A DNA stretch of 64,000 nt, from contig OZ037772.1 of assembly GCA_964035545.1 (NCBI GenBank), positions 8,859,150 through 8,923,149 on the forward strand. The letters run 5' to 3'. A model generated the notes under the pieces. It worked only from the letters and a program-made list of their open reading frames with translations, made no database searches and was not told where the DNA came from. This document shows, one piece after another, positions 1 to 23,990 of this stretch. Source of the DNA: Bugula neritina (taxonomy: Eukaryota; Animalia; Bryozoa). Within the stretch, counting starts at the first letter, position 1, and each line of letters opens with the position of its first letter. The position numbers and the translations under genes were made by a program.

Positions 1-230
1 GTCCTATAGTCAGCATGTAAAACTAATCATAGTGGTGTACCTTCCTCTGTAGTTAATTTTAGGTCTTATGACTCAACATTACATACTTTATAGAGATTAT
101 CAGCCTATATTACTGCCGTATTTTTATAAAATTTAGGCTCAATAGTTTAATTTTAAAACTTAATTGTTATAGAATCTTAAATAATTATAGATTTATATTT
201 TTGAATCAACTTTAAACTTTTCAAAAACAG

Positions 231-8308
<8,078 letters not shown>

Positions 8309-8677
8309 AACTTGATGCTGCTAATTATTTAAAATAGTCTGTAGGACAAGATTTTTGCTAAGTATTGTCTATTCTTGTGTTAACAAATGGGTAAACAGAT
8401 AAATTTATTTCCTATCCAGTGTTTTATTCAACTCAAATTGTATGCTTATTGATATTTTTCAATATAAATACTTTGCAGCAAAAACATAATAGTTATAGCA
8501 AAATATATACTTTTCTATTAAAGAAACATATAACTTGGTTTTTATGCAGATACGGTAAATACAACTTAGCAGTTTATTTGTTGAAAAGATACTGAAATAG
8601 AACATTGTAAAGTTTCTGGTAGAATTAAGTGATATATCGAAATATTAACTTTTTATTGAATGAAACATCAAAGAATG

Positions 8678-8822
<145 letters not shown>

Positions 8823-9151
8823 ATGTCTATGCGTTGGTAAAAAGTCATTATTTTTAGTATATTAGGTTGTAAAAATTTGATAAAGATGCATATCTGCTTG
8901 TTTAAACAGGAATAAAAAGCAATAATAGCAAAAATCAAGATCTATGTTATATAACCTAAACTCATTCTAGTCATTATTTGCAGCTATATAACAATTTCTT
9001 ATAACATGCATGTGGACAAATATATATAATTAGCTGTTGAATGGTTATTATAGTGAGCAACTAAGGTACATCTACAATGAAAACTTCATCACAGTGATTG
9101 GAAATGTTTTTGATACCAATCCACTATTTCAAGGTATGGATATGTAAATAA

Positions 9152-9416
9152 GCCTAGGGCCACACGGTGCGTATTTTCGCATGCGAAAATTGAAATCACA
9201 AGTAGCAAAGGTGTCAGTGATGCGCGATAAATAAAGCTTTCATTTTTAAATCGCACTCGCTTTAATAAAACGCAATTTACTGGAATGTAGCACTAAAATA
9301 AAGAAATTGGGCTCGCTGAATAACTACCAGCCAATTAGGTGATGTTTTCTCAACGTGGGCACAGTGGACACCTTTGCTACTAGTGATTTCAATTTTCGCA
9401 CCGTGTGGCCCTAGGC
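9152..9416. mobile_element. MITE, PIF/Harbinger-like
   Basis: ~50-bp TIRs (GCCTAGGGCCACACGGTGCG...AAAATTGAAATCAC.AGTAGCAAAGGTGTC and its reverse complement), with TAA on both flanks. Confidence 0.85.
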
Positions 9417-11084
9417 TAAGTCTTGGGCATATTATTAGGAAGCCAAAGCCATAATATTATATTGGTCACACTGTAGCATTAGAGATATTGTATTATGACA
9501 GCGTGCTCACTTTTACATAAATATTGCAGAATTTAGCCTAACTTGGTGTTATTATTATTTTAGGAATAATTATGCTTTGTCTTATAAACAAAATTATTGT
9601 GTTTAGATTAAACCAATCTCTTTTAAAACTATTATTTCATTATATTTTTTTCAATTTACCCTGATAGCCCATTAAAATGTTATTCCCAGCTAACGACACA
9701 CTTTAGCAGGGGAAGTAACTTCTAAATGAGTGACTAGTAGCAGGATTGAAACTGAAACAATAATATCGGCTATAATTAATTACCTAATTAGAATTTAAAT
9801 ATACATAAATCTGCAATGAAATCCTATTGCAGTGATTCTAAGTGTTCTCAACCTATCTATAATTTAAATATACATGCACGATTGCTGGCCTCATCAGTGT
9901 GACCAGCACCTTATATAATGTTGTTTGCCTGGCATTTACATTAAGAGACCACACGCGGCACACCTTGATTATAAATGCTACATATTTAAAATTAAAAAAG
10001 GTTCCTTTTAATATTTATCCTGAAAATAATTATGTTTTTTTTAGATAAAACTATTTTACTTCAAGTTTTTTATGATATTTAGAATAATTATCATATTATT
10101 TTCTTTGTCCTCAAGCAGTAATAAGTTTTTAATTGGTGTTGAAACAATTTAGTGGGGAAAATAATTTCAAATAATAACCTGTTAGCAGAGGGGGTACTTT
10201 GAAAACCTAACCAACCATGTCGTGTAGGATGCATTTGCATGTTGGCCAATCTATTGTAGCCAATAATTTTCGATATAATATAAACACAGTGTGGTGGCAC
10301 AAGAATTATAAATAAATTACCGATATATAATATTCATATGTTTATGTGCACATTCAATAAAAGCATGACAATGTTTATTCCAACAGATTTTGTGTACTGT
10401 TTTCAATAAAATAAATTTAAGTTCACTTATCCTATCAAAAACTAATTCTTTGATTTTATACATAAATTTGCTTAAAAAGTTTAATAAAAATTGTTGTAGG
10501 GAGTAAGTACTCTTAAATTGTCATATGATTGCACCTGGTGTAATAGTTACAAGATACATGGCCATTCACAAGTAACTTTATCTGTAAGTCATCTACAATT
10601 AACACCTGCTTGCTTGGAAGCAAAGTGAGGTTTGAAAAGGTAAATGATGGCCACCATTGCAGCCATGTTATAACTGTGGTATTATACATTAGTAAATTAG
10701 GGAGTTGGCGCAAGGAAGCCAACACTGAAATATGTATAATTTTTATTTTAAACTCACAGGTGTCGTCATTCATTTTTTAAGGTTTTATGTGATGTTTTTA
10801 ACAAAATTAATGTAATTTCATTAAATTCATTAAAACTAATTGTTTTAAATATTATTTTAAAATAACTTTTAAGGGCGCTTTCGGATTCCCTACGCGTAGC
10901 CTACTGGGCTCATCGATGAATTTGCTCACTTTCTCTCAGTCGAGTACCCTCAATGAGCTTCTTTTTCGATGGGGTACGCGTTGGCTACCGAATATATATA
11001 TACATATATATATACATATATATATATACATATATATATACATATATATATGTTTTACAATTATATAATGTGAATTGTTATTAG

Positions 11085-11953
11085 GCACTTTCACATTATA
11101 TCTGCCGACAGGGTGAATGCTATCAGCATGTTCCATAAACAGCTATGTTGTATGATTCTGTGGTCCTATATATCTTAAATACCCATACAAATCTAATAAA
11201 TATCTGTTAAATGATTATTAGTAAGTAATTATATCTGTGCAACTGCGTTGAAAACCTAATTGTAGAGATACTGAGGAAATGCTCACCTCAAACTATAAGG
11301 CATGATGTTATTATCTACCATAAAATTTGGCTACATCTTCGTAACCAAAACCAAAAAAAGCTTAACAAGTTTAGTGCAAAATACACAATACCCAAAGTGA
11401 CTTTGCTCTCAAGTATGAACATTGCAAACTTCAAACTAACCAAGTGTCAAAATGTATTCTAGAAGTAATTACGTTGTATTTCAAATATAATTTTGTACTT
11501 TAATTTAATCTTTTTATTCAGAACGTAAATCTTTTTCTTTTCACATTACTTCAATGTTTACCAATAAAAATTAGTATTGAGTGCTGGAGCAATTTGCCAG
11601 GGGAATTAACTCCCAAATGTTGGCAGAAAAATAAATTTCACAAGATATTATGAAGATATTGGCCGCATTAATTAATGTAGCCAATGCCAAATAGTGTTAC
11701 GTTGATAGGCCTCTGATTATCGTATTGTTGTAAAGTGTGCACTATAATAGTATGTATCTCACAATGTTACATTTGTGTGGTGTCAAAATACAATTTAAAA
11801 GATTATAAGTATTTTTTTAAATAAGATTAATTTATTTTTGCTTTAATTTTTTAATAATATTAATTCTTAGATTGTACAAAAATAAATTGCATAAATCTAA
11901 TAAAAATTCTCATAAAATATTTGAACAATTTTACAGGGGAAACAACTCTTAAA
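11085..11953 (+). repeat. 0.87-kb unit, copy 1 of 4
   Basis: Alignable by eye to 17431-18304, 19438-20190 and 20437-21617, for example CTGCCGACAGGGTGAATGCTATCAGCATGTTC, CTTCGTAACC, AAACTAACCAAGTGT and GGGAATTAACTCCCAAATG. Confidence 0.85.
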
Positions 11954-12020
11954 CAATAATGAAAAAAAGTTATTGTTTTCTGAAAACTACAATGTAGATA
12001 TGTATAGATATGTAGATATG

Positions 12021-15750
<3,730 letters not shown>

Positions 15751-16068
15751 ATAAGAGTATGCTCTCCATAAAGATTCATATTTTATATACTTATCAGGTT
15801 TGTTATGATCTAACTTATTAATTCTAATCTAAAATAATTAAATTTTAACACATTATTCTACTTCTACCAAGAAATGTTGTAATTTATTTGTTTCACAATA
15901 CTTTTAAAAATTTTATTATTTGCTTATATATAGTTAACATTTTTATGCTGCCTTTAATGTCAATGTTCATCTAAAACATTGTCTATTTAAAAGATATTTG
16001 ATTTTTTTGATTGCATTTTAAAGTTTAATTGAAATCATCTTGTTACTTGGAATGCTTTTGAACAGCTA

Positions 16069-17227
16069 TTGAGACACAAAGTTGTGTTATTTTACTTCAA
16101 CATCATTAATTTATTAGTTTTACTGCACCTTGTGGCACCTGTCAGTGGTAAATGCAGCACTGACACTAACAGATTCAGAAAGCTCACTCAAGTTTATGGT
16201 CACTATTCTCTACGAGAATCCTTGATGAAAAGAGTTTTTAAAGCCAGCTAAGGATTTATTTATATGTGATGGCACAGGAGTAATTACATATGACAGAATG
16301 CTCTTCCTAACATCACTACTAACTAAATTACTGAAGATCACACTTTCATAACTCACATACGGCTGCCCTTCAAAAAGTCTCTTATATATTGTTTACAGTT
16401 TGAATTATTTACAAAATGGATCTATAAGTAGAAACAAAACTTTTCTAATACAAATAATATATTTGTTTAAATTTGTCAATGCTTTTTGGCAGAAAAGTCT
16501 GTGAAGCTCTCCAGTTATTACAACCAAAAGAGGCATTTAGCCTCTCACGTTAATGATGGTCTTTACATGGGGGATTTTTCATTAATTGCACACACTGAGA
16601 AAGAACTTAGACCCTGGTGAAGAGTGGATCTGGTTGATGTTTACTGTGTCTGGGCTGTCAACATTCTTAACAGAGGGAATGGTGTGTTAAGTTTTCTAAT
16701 GAAACTTGTAATAATTATATTACGAAGAGTTCTGAAAATTGAACTTGAAATTAAAAGCTGATGCCTGGTTTTTTCTGCGTAGACTCCATAAAAATGTTCA
16801 CTATATATGTAGGTTACATAGAACTACAGTGATAGTTTTTTTTTCAATTGCAGTACTAATTGGTTTATTTAGTGTGATATAGTGAACATTTTGAAATATA
16901 GATGTAATAATATATCTGACTGGTTGCAATTGCTATTTTTTATATACTTGTTTATTTTTCAAAGTTTAACAAGAATATTTATGGGAAAAGATCTTTGAAT
17001 GCTGAAGTTACAGTTGCTATGACAGAAGTAGAGGTAGAATTTACTGCAACAAACCCTGAGATACTGTGTTACTACCATGATGGAGTTCTTAACCGATATT
17101 ACAATCTCGCTATACTTGTAAACAACCAAACCGAGGCCGTTTTGTTCAGGTTCTGTTCATTGCTGACACTTATTTAAATATTTATGAAGTTGAAGTTCAT
17201 GGGATTGGATTAGATTATTGTTTATAA
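16069..17227 (+). pseudogene. F-type lectin (fucolectin/FTP domain) pseudogene
   Basis: Signal-peptide-like exon 16069-16147 (donor GTAAAT). Region ~16475-16681 reads KSVKLSSYYNQKRHLASHVNDGLYMGDFSLIAHTEKELRPW*RVDLVDVYCVWAVNILNRGN (H-X26-R spacing; TGA at 16618). Region ~16965-17227 reads YGKRSLNAEVTV...LCYYHDG.../TCKQPNRGRFVQV....TYLNIYEVEVHG, with a frameshift near 17113. Confidence 0.85.
16185..16320 (-). mobile_element. SINE family A, 3' part, inside the first intron of the lectin pseudogene
   Basis: Contains AAGTTTATGGTCACTATTC...GGCACAGGAG...ATGCTCTTCCTAACATCAC. Confidence 0.65.
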
Positions 17228-17430
17228 AACAGTGGTTTTTGTAATTCTATAGTTGAGCTAAAAAAATAAATTGTTTTTCTATTGGGTTAGTTTTTTCTCA
17301 TGACTACTTTTGCAAAGATATCCTTTCTCAGAATTTAGATAAATTGCATTTATAATTTGTAAGCCAAGTACTAACTAATACCTGATTTCACTGCTAATTT
17401 TATTGTAATAGTATAATGTGAGTTTTTATT

Positions 17431-18304
17431 TGGCACGTTTTATTTTGTATGGTCTGCCGACAGGGTGAATGCTATCAGCATGTTCTTCAAACAACTATGC
17501 CGTATGATTCTGTGGTCATATAAATCTCTTATATCCATACAAAATCTAATAATTTTCTGCTAAAAATGTTATTAGTGTGTAAATATTTGTGTACGATTGC
17601 ATAGAAACCTAGTTGCAGATTTACTGAAGAATTGCTGAACTCAAAGGCATGATCTTATTAAATACCATATTTGGCTACACCTTCGTAACCAATACCAAAA
17701 ACAGTTAGATAAGTTATTGCACTGTAATTACAAAAAAAGCCCATAATGCTTAGATTAAGTGTACTCTCAAATATGAATATTGCAAACATCAAACTAACCA
17801 GGTGTCAATATTTATTCTAAAAGTAATCATGTAGCATTTCAAATAAAATTTCTGTAAGTCACTTTAATCTTTTTATTCAAAACGAAATTTTTTTTCCTTT
17901 TAGTTTACTTCAATTTTTTCCAATAAAAATTTATATTGAGTGGTGGAGCAATATGTCAGGGGAATTAACTCCCAAATGTATGACGAAAGTTTGCAGAATA
18001 ATAAATTTTACGAGGTATGAAGATGTAATGTAGCCAAAGCCAAATAGTGTTACGTTGATAGGCCCTTGATTAACGTATTTAGTGTCTACTGTGCACTATA
18101 ACTTTATCCATTTCATAATGTCATATTTAAGTGGTGTCAAAATACAATCTAAAAAATTATGAGTGTTTTTTTAAATAAATTTATTACTGCTTCAATCTTT
18201 TGAATAATATTAATTCTTAGTTTGTACAAACAATAAATTGCATGAATTTAACAAAAGTTCTTATAGAATATTTGAACAATTTTACAGGGGAAACAACTCT
18301 TAAA
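17431..18304 (+). repeat. 0.87-kb unit, copy 2 of 4
   Basis: Collinear with copy 1 over its full length, ending TTTACAGGGGAAACAACTCTTAAA. Confidence 0.85.
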
Positions 18305-18779
18305 TTGAAACTAAAGCATATGCATTGCCGTTACAAACACTTACATTGTGTTTGTGACATCAAGCATAACATTCAGGCATGCAAATGCCTGAAATGTTCC
18401 ATATATTATAATGAAATACAATTTTTAATTATTTTAATTTTGCTACTTAATATGCAAGAATTGTTTAAGCATTGACAAGATATCGGTAAATTGATATGTT
18501 TTTGTAAAATTTTTATATCTAAAAAAATTGTATTCCTAAATTTCTTTTGCTCCTATAATATAGTTTCTACTTAATAGATGGTGAAACTTTGCTCGTTGAA
18601 CAATCTTTACTTGAATAATTTATCTTATATGTAAAAGTATTCAATCAGTGGAAATGCATAATGGTTGTTTATATTGTAGAGCAAAAATATATAAATGTAT
18701 AACATGCCATGACTCTCATTTAGAAAATTATTTAAAACTACTTTAAACTACTACATTTATGCAGAATATAAATGCCAAG

Positions 18780-18988
18780 ACAGCCGTGGTCTAGGGGTTA
18801 GAGTGTTTGCCTAGTAAACACGAAGGTCATGGGTTCAAGACCAGACAAAGGCCATTGGTGACCTTAGGAAAAGCATCCAATCATAATTGCTCCTGTGCCT
18901 CATTTAAATAAGTCCTTTAACAAAAACTCTTTTCATCAGGGCTTTCTCACAGGAATAGCAACTATAAACTTAAGAGTGAGTTTTTTTA
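18780..18988 (+). mobile_element. SINE family A, full-length copy
   Basis: CAGCCGTGGTCTAGGGGTTAGAGTGTTTGCCTAGTAA head; flanked by the duplicated ATGCCAAGACAG. Confidence 0.88.
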
Positions 18989-19437
18989 TATATGCCAAGA
19001 CAGAAAATAAAAGCAAAAAAATAATGAAGTGGGAAATTATTGTTATAACTGAAATTTACAATTTAGATCATTATATAGGTAATTATTATAATATATACTA
19101 ACATCTTACATACAAAATAGAGAGAAAAGTAATTAATCAGAAAGGTATTTTGCATCTATAAGAAAAGTAGTTTAAACCTCTTGATCTTTCTAGATTGTGC
19201 ATTTGAGATCAGCTACTGAATATGGCCACCGTTCAACAATCAGATGAAAGAAGGTGCCCTCCATAAATATGTATACTTATGTTTGTACAAACTTGCGCAT
19301 TTTAGTCCTAATTGTAAATATACAGAGGAATTGTGTAATATAAACTTATATTTTACTAATTTTGTGAAAAGCTATTTATAGGCTTCTGCAATCTCGTATT
19401 ATCAATCAAATGAAACATAAAAATATTTTAAATAAGC

Positions 19438-20190
19438 TTAAACAGCTATGTTGAAAACATAATTTTCAAATATTATACTGAAGAATTGCTGAACTTCAAC
19501 TATGAGGCATGATGTTATTTAATACCATATTATGTGGATACATCTTCGTAACCCAAACCATTAAGGCTAGAAAAATTTTAACGATATAGTAAAGGCAACT
19601 AACCCCTTACTTTGCGTACTTTCGGATATGAATGTTACAAACTTCAAACTAACCAAGTGTTAATATTTATGCTAAAGGTAGTTATGTTGTAATCCAAAAG
19701 AAATTTGTGCAATTTAATTTAGTAATTTTATTGAAAATGATACTTCTTTTGTTGTATTTTCCTACAATTCATTCCAATAAAAATTAGTGTTGAGTATTGA
19801 AGGAATTTGCCATGGGAATTAACTCCCAAATGCATAACCAATGTATTTTGAAATAATAATTATCATGAAGTATTAGGATGCAAACAATATTGGCCTCATT
19901 AATGTAGCCAATGCCAAATAGTGTTACATAAGTAGGTCAATGTTTGACATATTCAGTGATAAACGTGCACTATATAATATCTAAATCACGATGTTATACT
20001 TATATACCTATAATATACTTGGGTGTCAAAATACAATTTGGAAGATTCTAAGTGTTGTTTTGAATAAAATAAATTTACTTTTGCTTGAATTTTTTTTAGT
20101 GACATTAGTCCATATTTTGTAAAGAGTTAAATTGTAGGAATCTAACAAAAAAATTTATAAAACATTTTAACAATTTTACAAGGGAAAAAC
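19438..20190 (+). repeat. 0.87-kb unit, copy 3 of 4 (5' deletion)
   Basis: Same anchors as copies 1 and 2. Confidence 0.8.
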
Positions 20191-20436
20191 CGTATATATG
20201 TGTTTATATTTAAACATGTTCATTATTAAACAGACATTTTGAAGCAGAATGCTGTGGTGCTTACATTTAAGTAGTATAGCTTTTCAAAGTATTATAGAGA
20301 ATAATTTAAACTTCAATCTTCTTTTCATTATTTTTCAAAAAACTAAATTCCCAAGCATCTATTATAAACATAGCTATTTTTATGCAATTTTCATATAATA
20401 TTATATATCATAATAATATAATGTGAGTCGTTTCTT

Positions 20437-21617
20437 GGCATGTTTTATTTTGTATCATCAGTTGACATAGTGAATGTTATAAGTGTGTTCCTTAAACAGC
20501 AATGTTATAATCATAATTACAGAGATGCTGATAAAATGCTACACTCCAACTACAAGGCATGATGTTATATTATACCATAATTTGTGGTTACATCTTCGTA
20601 ACCAGACCCAAAAAGACTAGAAAAGCTACGATAATATACACTGCGTTTCCATTACCGCATTATGCGAATGGATTTTCTCATCCGCCCTATGGAAACAGTT
20701 GCATCGAAGCAAAACCGCAGCCGGAAATTACACCGAACGGCTCCTTCGATGAGAATTTTCCTTCGCATTATGTTCATCATGGAAATGGTTCCTTCGGTTA
20801 AATCGAATGAAACCTTTTGTGCCGGAGGCAGAGATCAGCATTTGTGGCAGCTAGTTACATAGTTACGCGATGCTAACAATAATTATATTATTTTATTTAT
20901 CCTAGCTATTATTTAAAATAATTACTAATCATCTTAAATTTGTAAAACTATTCTGCAAGCCAAAGCTTTCTCAAGCTAAAAATAAGTTGACAGCTTTTTC
21001 ATTTTGAAAATTTAAATTACTTTTAAGCTTTTGTTTATCGATCAAGAAATACATCATGCTTACATTGGTTTATGGTTTTTTTATTTTAAATAAACTGACT
21101 CAAAGTTTGTGTATTTAGTTGATTTAATCTATCAAAAATGGAGACAGAATTGAAAATTGTCGTTGTGCATGAACTCAAACTTGACCATATTAATCATCAT
21201 TTTAGTTCAGCCGTCACAGTTGCAAAGAAAAGATAACTTCGCACGGATTGCATAGGAACGTGCGGTTTTTCCTTCGATGTAATCCGTACGGGCATCCGTA
21301 CGCATTCATTTGCCTTCATGGAAACGCAGTATTAACGAGAGCCACTAACACTATGAAAACGTGTGCTTTAAAATATGAATATTACAAACTTCAAGCTAAC
21401 CAAGTGTCAATATTTATTCTAAACGTAGTTATGTTGTAATCTAAATAAAATTTGTGCACTTTAATTTAGTAATTTTATTAAAAATGACATGTTTTTCTTT
21501 TTATTTTTCTACAACTTACTCTAATAAAAATTAGTGCTGAGTATTGAAAGAATTTGCCAGGGGAAATAACTCCCAAATGCATGAATGTTCTGAAATAATA
21601 ATTATCATGAAGTATTA
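20437..21617 (+). repeat. 0.87-kb unit, copy 4 of 4 (MITE-interrupted, 3'-truncated)
   Basis: Anchors at 20437-20630 and 21335-21617; similarity stops at CCCCCTGTTCACAC (21618). Confidence 0.8.
20640..21330. mobile_element. MITE (family D) inserted into the fourth 0.87-kb unit
   Basis: TIR ACTGCGTTTCCAT / ATGGAAACGCAGT; it splits a unit that is contiguous in the other copies. Related fragments at ~35728-35900, ~38460-38570, ~54203-54290 and ~54782-54925. Confidence 0.75.
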
Positions 21618-22033
21618 CCCCCTGTTCACACATTGCCGTATCGTACGCTGTAACGTAAAATATCAGCCATTTTAATGTGTTCAAACTGAAGTTAGAGCGA
21701 TGGAGGTTACGCTTTTGCAAAGAAGTTACAGCTCAAAGTTATAATTAATTAGAACGATGCACGAGCGAAGCTTGTGGGAAAACTGCATTTAGAAGCAGTA
21801 GTGCAGAAATTTATATATAGCCTAAGTTCTTTGATTTTTTTATGGAAATTTAGTTTGGGGGGGTTTGAAACATATAATTTCTTTTGCTGTATCTCTAATT
21901 CAGAACACCGGCTTTTCTTAATTTTTCAATTACTGCACTTTATACCTTAATTTGTGTCCCTTCAGCAAAGACGAAATAAATATTAGACACGCAATTATAG
22001 TTTATCAAGACCATGTTTCAAGAGATCTGCACT

Positions 22034-22210
22034 AAAACTCACGCAAGTTTATAGTCGCTATATATCCCTGTGAGAAACCCCTGTTGGAAAGGGTTTTTGT
22101 TAAAGTACTTATTTAAATGAGGCACAGGAGCAATTATGACTGAATGCTCTCCTAACATCACCGATGGCTCGAACCCATAACTTCGTGTTCACTAGGCAAA
22201 CGCTTTAACA
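22034..22210 (-). mobile_element. SINE family A copy with internal deletions
   Basis: Matches the consensus; flanked by a ~30-bp imperfect duplication (TAGTT.ATCAAGACCATG....AGAGATCTG). Confidence 0.8.
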
Positions 22211-23486
22211 GACAATGGTTAGTTGATCAAGACCATGAATAAGAGATCTGGGCTATAATACACGTTAATTATACTTTCACATATCAGGCTGCATTATAGG
22301 TCCATTTTTGCATATAAAATCATCAAATGTGAGGGCATACAGACTCAGTATATTATACTGCTGGCAAGATACTAATTAATTTTGTACATAATTAAAATAT
22401 TTTCCAAAGAGCTTACTATTCAACTTTTCCACAAAAATAGGTTATAAATTAGAAGTTATTTAGTTGATGAGGAAATAACTTCTAATGATGACATACAAAT
22501 CGGTTGGTTGGCAGCAAAGCAAATAGTATGATAAAAAAGTTTTAATAGTGAATCATCTCTTCATGCAGTGGTGAACCAGTAGATAATTTCTGCCAAAAAT
22601 TCAATCAAATTTATATACTCAGAAAAGCAAAACAGGGGAGATTAATATATGTTGTTGTAATTATTAGGATGCAGTTTCATTGTATAGCAGCATATCTGCT
22701 GGTATAGCTCGTAAGGCTGTAAGAAACTAAACCCCTTTTAACAAGCCATGCTGGCAGATCTTGTATTATATATTTGCAAGATAGTGCAGCGTTAAGCTTT
22801 GAAACTTGTTAATATATGTTTTGTAAAGTGTGACTTCACATTTTTACAGCTTATCCGTTTTCATTTGCTAAAGTAGCTGATGGTAGAAGCAGAAAGAAAA
22901 AGAAGCTTTGCTCCGTGCTGACCGCAAGTACAAATATGCTTCACGTGTTTGAAAATGATTTTAAATACTGAAAAGTATGCAGCTATAATCTATATGCTTC
23001 TCAGGTTGTTTATAATATTATAGCTAGAATTTTAATGCATGACTTTCAGGCGTCATTATCGTGGTTATAAAACGTGTTGAGTTACATATAATAGCTTTCC
23101 GTGTGTCAGCACATGTGGCCTATTGCCAGCTGTTTTTACGTAGCAGATGCAAACTATATGCTACAGTAAAACTTCTGCTGGTTTACTCATTGTTTTTGTA
23201 CAACAATTTGATTTCTTCAAATGTGAACCAAATAAGAAAAAGATTTTTGGTCCCTGCATGTTTTCAAATCAACAAGTAAAATAGTTATATAAGCAGTTTA
23301 GTTTTGGCAAAAAAATCTGATTTCAGCTTGACAATATGCCAAGTGCATGGATATTGACTTAAATATTTAATTTGTATGCATTAGGTTTTAGAAGGGTATT
23401 GAAATTGGGGTAATCTTGGGAACTTTCTCTGTACCATAACATGACATACAAGTTTATAATATGTACATGTATATATAAGCAAGCAA

Positions 23487-23710
23487 AGGTAAGTACGGTA
23501 CTGGAGAAATTGAGAAAAGCCTGTGTTCTAGATTAAAGAGTAGCAAAGAAGTTGTGCTCCCGCAACAATTTTTATCCGCATCCCAAACCAAAATTTATAA
23601 AGAAATTTAAAGAACTTAGGCTTTATCACTTTCCTCACTACTGCAGTAGTAGAGAAAATGATATAGCCTAAGTTCTTTAAATTTCTTTATAAACTTTGGT
23701 TTGGAGTGTG
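23487..23710. repeat. Dispersed ~170-bp family C; here two copies in inverted orientation form a ~125-bp hairpin centred on CTGCAG (23641-23646)
   Basis: CCAAACCAAAATTTATAAAGAAATTTAAAGAACTTAGGCT...AGCCTAAGTTCTTTAAATTTCTTTATAAACTTTGGTTTGG. Single copies at ~21785-21945, ~24790-24880, ~31485-31660 and ~32930-33035. Confidence 0.75.
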
Positions 23711-23890
23711 TTTCGCTTGCTCCTATAAAATGAGCGAGATCGTCACTGAAAATTTATTATTCTAGTTGATCGAGTGGCCTTTTATGATTTGCTCAAGTCT
23801 TTGTTAAGCTCCCATCCAAGTAAAAAGGCAGATATAGTGAGCGGTTAGAGTATAGCAAGATCTTGACTGCATACTTCTTGCAGGATATAT

Positions 23891-23990
23891 ATTTTGACCC
23901 TAATGGGATTCAAACCCAGGACTTCCAGATTGCAAGCAGGAGTGTTAACCATTACACTACAGAAACAATTGGGTAAACTCAGCGCACCAC
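23891..23990 (-). mobile_element. tRNA-like short element family B
   Basis: Reverse complement reads GAGTTTACCCA...GTAGTGTAATGGTTAACAC...TTGCAA...GGGTTTGAATCCC. Confidence 0.7.

Noticed and set aside
10091-10773. Minus-strand ORFs and possible exons (10091-10300, 10513-10773)
   Set aside because: Splice-like signals exist, but I found no recognisable domain or consistent gene model.
20559-20862. GC-richer ORFs as a small gene
   Set aside because: They run from a decayed 0.87-kb unit into the MITE at 20640, and I recognise no protein.
21618-23235. Possible Harbinger-like element starting CCCCCTGTTCACAC
   Set aside because: The right-hand TIR is too degenerate to define the element confidently.
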